64,000 nucleotides of DNA, from contig JAUNVP010000007.1 in the NCBI GenBank assembly GCA_030537615.1, positions 52,227 through 116,226 of the forward strand, in the 5' to 3' direction. The notes beneath the pieces are model-generated. The model was given only the letters and a program-made list of their open reading frames with translations, had not been told where the DNA came from and did not search any database. A program made the translations under genes and the position numbers. The stretch is from Actinomycetaceae bacterium. Its GTDB lineage: Bacteria > Actinomycetota > Actinomycetes > Actinomycetales > Actinomycetaceae. This document shows, one piece after another, positions 58,851 through 64,000 of the stretch; the stretch's first letter is position 1, and each line of letters begins with the position of its first letter.

Positions 58851-59638
58851 GCCTCGGGGCAACATGCATTGAGAAAGCACTCGCGCGATCTGAGGCCGCT
58901 CTCATCGGCTATCTTCCCGTCGGATTCCCCACGGTCGATCAGTCGATCGAGGCCGGAAAGGTTCTCGCTGACGAAGGGTTCGACATGATCGAACTCGGTT
59001 TCCCCTACTCTGATCCCGGGATGGATGGTCCGGTCATTCAGCGGGCAACGGAACAAGCTTTGCACGCAGGGGTGCATTTGACCGACCTTCTGCGGGCAAC
59101 CGAAGAATTGTCGAACTACGGCATTACCGTGTCGTCGATGACGTATTGGAATCCCGTGTTCTGGTACGGGGTCGAACAGTTCGCGCGTGACTTTGCCTCC
59201 GCCGGTGGAGCTGGACTCATTACGCCAGATCTTCCACCGGAGGAGGGTAGCGAATGGGAAGCGGCAGCCGAGACATATGATCTCGACCGCATTTACCTCG
59301 TTGCGCCATCGTCCCCCGAACATCGCTTGAGGAAAATCGTTAATCACCATCGAGGTTGGATTTACGCGGCCTCGACAATGGGGGTGACGGGCACCCGGAC
59401 GAGCGTCGACGATGCGGCCCGTGAACTGGTGGCACGCACTCGTGCGGCTGGAGCCGACTACGTGTGCGTTGGTCTTGGTGTTTCTACTGGAGCTCAGGCT
59501 CGAGAGATTGCTGCATACGCGGACGGTGTCATTGTCGGTTCAGCGCTCGTACGCCAGCTGTTTGCTGAAGCCGACGGACTTTCGGGTCTTCGCGCACTCG
59601 CTGCAGAATTGCGAAGCGGCGCCGTACGTTCTTCATGA
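58847..59638 (+). CDS. trpA: tryptophan synthase alpha chain
   Basis: TIM-barrel TrpA motifs ('ELGFPYSDP'). Confidence 0.9.
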   Translation: MSLGATCIEKALARSEAALIGYLPVGFPTVDQSIEAGKVLADEGFDMIELGFPYSDPGMDGPVIQRATEQALHAGVHLTDLLRATEELSNYGITVSSMTYWNPVFWYGVEQFARDFASAGGAGLITPDLPPEEGSEWEAAAETYDLDRIYLVAPSSPEHRLRKIVNHHRGWIYAASTMGVTGTRTSVDDAARELVARTRAAGADYVCVGLGVSTGAQAREIAAYADGVIVGSALVRQLFAEADGLSGLRALAAELRSGAVRSS

Positions 59639-60528
59639 TTTTTTCTCTACCCGATACACTGCATCATATGAATTTGGTTTCCGCCTCGACGGTATTCGCG
59701 TCGATTCCTTCCCCTCCTCAAAACGTGTGGCATCTTGGCCCGCTTCCTCTTCGTGCCTACGGCATCTTGATTGGTATTGGGATGTTGGTTGCGGTCTATA
59801 TCACGCGCAAACGCTACGCGGCCCGCGGCGGAGATCCGGAGTTGGTCTACGACGTCGCTCTGTGGGCAATTCCTTTTGGGATAGTCGGAGCTCGGGTGTA
59901 CCACATGATCACCTCACCACAGGGATACAGTTCCGGGGCTGACTTCTGGGAGACATTCAAGATATGGCACGGCGGCATGGCCATTATGGGTGGGATCTCG
60001 ATGGGAGTGCTCGGTGGATGGATTGCCCTGCGGATGAAGAAAGCACGGGTGGCTCCTTTCGTCGACTCGGTTGCACCCGCCCTCCTCATCGCTCAAGCGA
60101 TCGGACGGCTGGGGAACTGGTTCAACCAGGAACTATTTGGCGGGCCGACAACGCTCCCGTGGGGACTTGAAATCGCTCCTCACCGGCTCCCCCCTGGATA
60201 TCCCGAAGGCACGCTATTCCATCCGACCTTCTTGTACGAGCTACTGTGGAACTTGACGATGGCAATCGTCATTCTTGTTCTCGATAAGCGCATCAAGTTC
60301 AAGGGTGGTCAGCTGATTTGGATGTATATTGCCGCGTACGGAGTTGGTCGTTTTATTGTTGAGAACATCCGAATTGATGTCGCGAAAGTTGTATTGGGAC
60401 TGCGACTCAACGCGTGGATGGCGCTACTCATTGTGATCGTTGGCATCGTTGGCTTCATAATTGCGGGAAAACGCGGTGCGTCAACTATCGTTGAGAGTAA
60501 AGAAACTGAAGAAGAGAACATAGAGTAG
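59635..60528 (+). CDS. lgt: prolipoprotein diacylglyceryl transferase
   Basis: Lgt signature 'GRLGNWFNQELFG'. Confidence 0.9.
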   Translation: MIFSLPDTLHHMNLVSASTVFASIPSPPQNVWHLGPLPLRAYGILIGIGMLVAVYITRKRYAARGGDPELVYDVALWAIPFGIVGARVYHMITSPQGYSSGADFWETFKIWHGGMAIMGGISMGVLGGWIALRMKKARVAPFVDSVAPALLIAQAIGRLGNWFNQELFGGPTTLPWGLEIAPHRLPPGYPEGTLFHPTFLYELLWNLTMAIVILVLDKRIKFKGGQLIWMYIAAYGVGRFIVENIRIDVAKVVLGLRLNAWMALLIVIVGIVGFIIAGKRGASTIVESKETEEENIE

Positions 60529-60532
60529 AAGT

Positions 60533-61984
60533 ATGCGTAGAGCTAAGATCGTCTGCACCATTGGTCCCGCTACGGATAGTCCGGACCAAATCCAAACTCT
60601 CGTTGATGCCGGAATGGACGTTGCGCGCATCAATCGTAGCCACGGAACAGTGGAAGCCCATGAAGAAGTCGTGCGTCTCGTTCGTAAGGCTTCCCGCGCA
60701 TCGGGACGCGCGATCGCCGTCCTCGTCGACCTGCAGGGGCCAAAAATTCGTCTCGAAAAGTTCGAAAACGGCCCTCATATGCTCGAGGTCGGAGACACCT
60801 TCACTATCACCACTCGCGATGTGCCCGGGACGAAGGATTTAGTCGGAACGACCTTCAAGGGGCTACCGGGAGACTGCCGTCCCGGAGATCGTCTGCTTAT
60901 CGACGATGGAAACGTCGCGGTGCGGGTGATTGAAGTTGATGACACGGATGTAAAAACTCGCGTCGAGGTTCCCGGCATGGTGTCGAATAACAAGGGCATC
61001 AACCTTCCGGGTGTCGCGGTGTCGGTTCCCGCGTTATCTCAAAAGGACAAAGACGATCTGCGTTGGGCACTGAAGATCGGCGCTGACTTCATCGCGCTGT
61101 CATTCGTGCGCGACGCAAAGGATATCGACGACGTCCACGAGATCATGGAAGAAGTCGGTGTCTACCGGCCGGTCATCGCCAAGATTGAAAAGCCGCAGGC
61201 GGTTGAAAATCTGCTGGAAATTGTTGAAGCTTTCGATGGCATTATGGTGGCTCGCGGCGACCTCGGTGTGGAAATGCCACTCGAGACAGTTCCGCTAGTC
61301 CAAAAGCGTGCCATTGAACTCGCTCGTCGCCAGTCGAAGCCAGTGATTGTTGCCACTCAGGTGATGGATTCGATGATGAAGAATCCGCGGCCGACCCGTG
61401 CCGAAGCATCGGACTGCGCGAACGCGATTCTGGACGGTGCCGACGCGGTTATGCTCTCGGGTGAGACATCAGTTGGGGCTTACCCGATTGAGGCGGTTCG
61501 CACCATGGCGCGCATTATCGAGAATGTCGAGGAAAACGGTGGCGAACGTATCGCTCCGATCGGTGCGTTTAACGTAGCCCGGTCATCGGTGATTACCCAG
61601 GCCGGTGCGACAATCGGCGAACGGCTTGATGTCAAGTTCCTCGTGACGTTCACCCAGTCAGGATCAACGGCGCGACAAATGTCTCGCCTACGCAGCCCCA
61701 TCCCGCTATTGGCTTTCACACCGCTGGAAACCACCCGGAACCAACTGGCATTGTCGTGGGGTGTGCAGACCTACCGCGTGCCCGAAGTGAAGCACACTGA
61801 CGACATGGTGTGGCAGGTTGATCAAGTGTTGCGCTTGTCGGACTTGGCGAAAGAGGGCGACGATTTGGTTATTGTCGCTGGAATGCCGCCAGGGACTCCG
61901 GGGTCAACGAACTCGCTGCGTATTCACACAATTGGTGATGACGTTGACTACACAATCGGCGGGGGAGCAGGCGGAAACCTCTAA
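60533..61984 (+). CDS. pyk: pyruvate kinase
   Basis: 'KIVCTIGP', 'MVARGDLGVE' and 'SGETSVG' motifs. Confidence 0.95.
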   Translation: MRRAKIVCTIGPATDSPDQIQTLVDAGMDVARINRSHGTVEAHEEVVRLVRKASRASGRAIAVLVDLQGPKIRLEKFENGPHMLEVGDTFTITTRDVPGTKDLVGTTFKGLPGDCRPGDRLLIDDGNVAVRVIEVDDTDVKTRVEVPGMVSNNKGINLPGVAVSVPALSQKDKDDLRWALKIGADFIALSFVRDAKDIDDVHEIMEEVGVYRPVIAKIEKPQAVENLLEIVEAFDGIMVARGDLGVEMPLETVPLVQKRAIELARRQSKPVIVATQVMDSMMKNPRPTRAEASDCANAILDGADAVMLSGETSVGAYPIEAVRTMARIIENVEENGGERIAPIGAFNVARSSVITQAGATIGERLDVKFLVTFTQSGSTARQMSRLRSPIPLLAFTPLETTRNQLALSWGVQTYRVPEVKHTDDMVWQVDQVLRLSDLAKEGDDLVIVAGMPPGTPGSTNSLRIHTIGDDVDYTIGGGAGGNL

Positions 61985-62357
61985 CGAAGTCTGACTATTC
62001 ATCAGACTTGTCGGCACGGTTGGTTTATCGACCATTCACACCGGTTGCCACCGTTTGCACTGCGCTCGTGTTTTGACGCAGTAGCGGCCTGTCGCACAAC
62101 ATGCGTTTTCTATCTCTTGCAACGCGTACCGCAATGTGCAATAGTATTGCTTTCGCGTGAAGACGTAGAGCATACGCGATCGACTAAGCCCACGGTTGGG
62201 CTTACAAAGATCCGTCACGCTGACCGCAACAACACACGTTGCTCACCGATTTTCGGTTGCCTCCAGCGGACGCAGTAGCGCGAAGAACGAATGAAAAGGT
62301 GCAAAGCTCGCCTGCACAACCACCGTGCATAGCTTTGCCAGAAGGAAGGAGATGGAC

Positions 62358-62561
62358 ATGAGGAAGTTGAGCGTCCATGACATGAATACGGGCAAGCAGG
62401 CCCGTAACCTCTTGGAGGTGAACCTGTCTGAAGCAGTTCGTCCCTGGTTTAAGGATCTAGAGTCCGATCAGGTTAACCGGGCAATAGCCGCGCTGTCGAA
62501 CCCGGCGAAGCGGTCGAACGCAGCCCGTTACCTCGGCATTGAGGTTGTGCCCTGCGCATAG
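62358..62561 (+). CDS. small hypothetical protein (~68 aa)
   Basis: Start chosen 6 nt after the strong ribosome-binding site AAGGAAGGAG. Followed by an intrinsic terminator. No recognisable motif. Confidence 0.4.
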   Translation: MRKLSVHDMNTGKQARNLLEVNLSEAVRPWFKDLESDQVNRAIAALSNPAKRSNAARYLGIEVVPCA

Positions 62562-62573
62562 CTTGAACTGAGA

Positions 62574-62610
62574 GCCCCGGCTAATGAGCATTCATCTGCC
62601 GGGGTTTTTT
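62574..62610 (+). terminator. intrinsic terminator
   Basis: CCCCGGC ... GCCGGGG stem followed by TTTTTT. Confidence 0.65.
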
Positions 62611-62637
62611 CGTTAGACGTTGTCACCCAGTCTTGTA

Positions 62638-62829
62638 TTAGGTGCCGGGAGGGCGACCTCGACGAGGAATCGCGCCGGTATTTTTGGGAAGCCGACCGTT
62701 GCGACGCAGTGCATCGCGGAGCAACACCTCTATTTGTGCATTGACACTGCGTAGATCGTCTGCCGCCCACTGTGCAATAGCGTCGTGGACGGCAGGATCC
62801 AGCCGAAGAGAGACAGCTTTTCGAGCCAT
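62638..62829 (-). CDS. ribbon-helix-helix (Arc/CopG-type) DNA-binding protein
   Basis: 63 aa. N-terminal 'KAVSLRLDPAVHDAIAQWA' beta-strand/helix pattern typical of RHH antitoxin/repressor folds. Basic C-terminal tail. Confidence 0.5.
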   Translation of the reverse strand: MARKAVSLRLDPAVHDAIAQWAADDLRSVNAQIEVLLRDALRRNGRLPKNTGAIPRRGRPPGT

Positions 62830-62832
62830 GTT

Positions 62833-63849
62833 TTAGGTATATAGTCCGCCGGTATTAATGACGGGCTGAGTATGCGAGTCTGAGCAGAGCACGACGAGGA
62901 GGTTGGACACCATGGCAGCTCGACGTTCTGGATCGAGATCGACAATGTCTTTTTCTTCTAGCGAATCGAGCGCCGATTCGACCATGGATACCGCACCATC
63001 AACAATGGTTTCTCGGGCGTCAACGATTGCCGCGGCCTGCTGGCGTTGCAGCATGGCTTGAGCTATTTCGGGAGCATAGGACAGGCTGGAAATACGAGCT
63101 TCGATAATCTCTAACCCCGCTACTGCGGCTCTTGCGGCGATTTCGTCGGCAAGTTCAGCCGAAACTTCGTCGGTCGAACCGCGAAGGGATACTCGGCCAT
63201 CGACGGGGGAGTCGTAGGGATGCTGGGTGGCAACGTGACGTAGCGCGGCCTCAGCCTGGGAATGAATGAATTCCTGGAACTGTTCGACTGCAAATGCCGC
63301 CTTCGCGGTATCGGCTACTTGCCAGACGATAATGGCGGCAATATTGATCGGGTTGCCATTGTAGTCATTGACCTTGGTTTCATTCGTTTCAAAGTTCCGC
63401 GCTTTAACGGAGATCTTCTTCGCGGAAGTGAATGGCGGCACCAGTGAGATGCCAACGCGGCGAAGTGTCCCCGTATAGGTTCCAAAGAATGTCAGTACTC
63501 TCGAATCACCGGGTGCCTGCACTTTAACCATCGTCAGCACGAGGGATAGGACGAGTATGCAAACCACTAAGGAGGTAAGAATAATCGGTGCGGATGCCGT
63601 TCCCTTACCGGCCTCTTCCAACAAGATCTGAGTAACAATCGCCCAAATCGTACCGATCATAATCGCGATGGTAGCGATAATGACAAGGACGGCTGGGAGT
63701 GTACCCAGTGACCACACCGGGGACTTTTCCTCGATCGTGACTCGGGTGCCCTCATGTCCAACTGGTGTACGCGACACGACTTCCGGTGCGATGCTTTCGC
63801 CGTCATTGGGATTGAGAGAGCCTGCCGGTCCCTGGGGTGTTTCAGCCAT
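62833..63849 (-). CDS. SPFH/band-7 domain membrane protein (two TM helices)
   Basis: Two hydrophobic helices, then an SPFH core ('RVLTFFGTYTGTLRRVGISLVPPF...') and a C-terminal Ala/Gln-rich helix. Stop lies 3 nt from the RHH start. Confidence 0.75.
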   Translation of the reverse strand: MAETPQGPAGSLNPNDGESIAPEVVSRTPVGHEGTRVTIEEKSPVWSLGTLPAVLVIIATIAIMIGTIWAIVTQILLEEAGKGTASAPIILTSLVVCILVLSLVLTMVKVQAPGDSRVLTFFGTYTGTLRRVGISLVPPFTSAKKISVKARNFETNETKVNDYNGNPINIAAIIVWQVADTAKAAFAVEQFQEFIHSQAEAALRHVATQHPYDSPVDGRVSLRGSTDEVSAELADEIAARAAVAGLEIIEARISSLSYAPEIAQAMLQRQQAAAIVDARETIVDGAVSMVESALDSLEEKDIVDLDPERRAAMVSNLLVVLCSDSHTQPVINTGGLYT

Positions 63850-64000
63850 ATCTCGACCTTCTTTTGCTCACGAATTAATCTGATATCAAATTAATATCAC
63901 ATTAGCTTGTGGGCGAAAAGAGTAAAAGAGAGAGCCTATGCACGTTGTGGTGGGTCCTGTTTGTTGGACTGTGTTTATGAGTGTAGTTGGTGGGTGGTTG

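Noticed and set aside
62134-62773. 10-mer 'tgtgcaatag' occurring twice (62134 and 62764), considered as a shared operator.
   Set aside because: Thousands of chance 10-mer repeats are expected in 64 kb. The second copy is inside the RHH coding region. No supporting symmetry.
1-64000. Whole-window search for mobile elements, CRISPR arrays and defence islands (transposase, integrase, Cas, restriction-modification, abortive-infection signatures).
   Set aside because: No such motifs were seen in any frame. GC content and codon style are uniform. Synteny matches core actinobacterial chromosome. The accessory-looking content is confined to the loci reported in findings.

Overview
This is a high-GC (~58-60%) actinobacterial chromosomal window with dense, mostly syntenic housekeeping genes and no transposases, integrases, CRISPR arrays or obvious compositional islands. 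Gene order parallels three Mycobacterium tuberculosis neighbourhoods, an inference from recalled annotations with no search run: hisF-hisI-trpECBA-lgt-pyk; RecB-like nuclease-trmI-arc-dop-pup-pafA; and pepA/lpd/E2 ... glnE-glnA2. The most unusual region is a ~9.7 kb co-directional array at 24.97-34.67 kb that extends the LexA-controlled mutasome cassette. A perfect SOS box precedes imuA'-imuB, which is followed by thymidine kinase and a translationally coupled SNF2-helicase/SWIM-zinc-finger protein. A second perfect SOS box then precedes the dnaE2 start, and a CYTH triphosphate-tunnel protein sits 11 nt downstream of dnaE2. Other notable points: a pupylation locus with no 20S proteasome genes and an ARC lacking the GQYL docking tail; two NfeD/SPFH-type loci, one paired with a ribbon-helix-helix protein; a GNAT-MazG-like fusion translationally coupled to a DsbA/FrnE-like oxidoreductase and an M3 peptidase; and a membrane-anchored kinase-like protein with degenerate catalytic motifs. 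RNA features are a tRNA-Leu(GAG) and several clear intrinsic terminators. All calls are from reading the sequence and ORF translations; no database searches were run.
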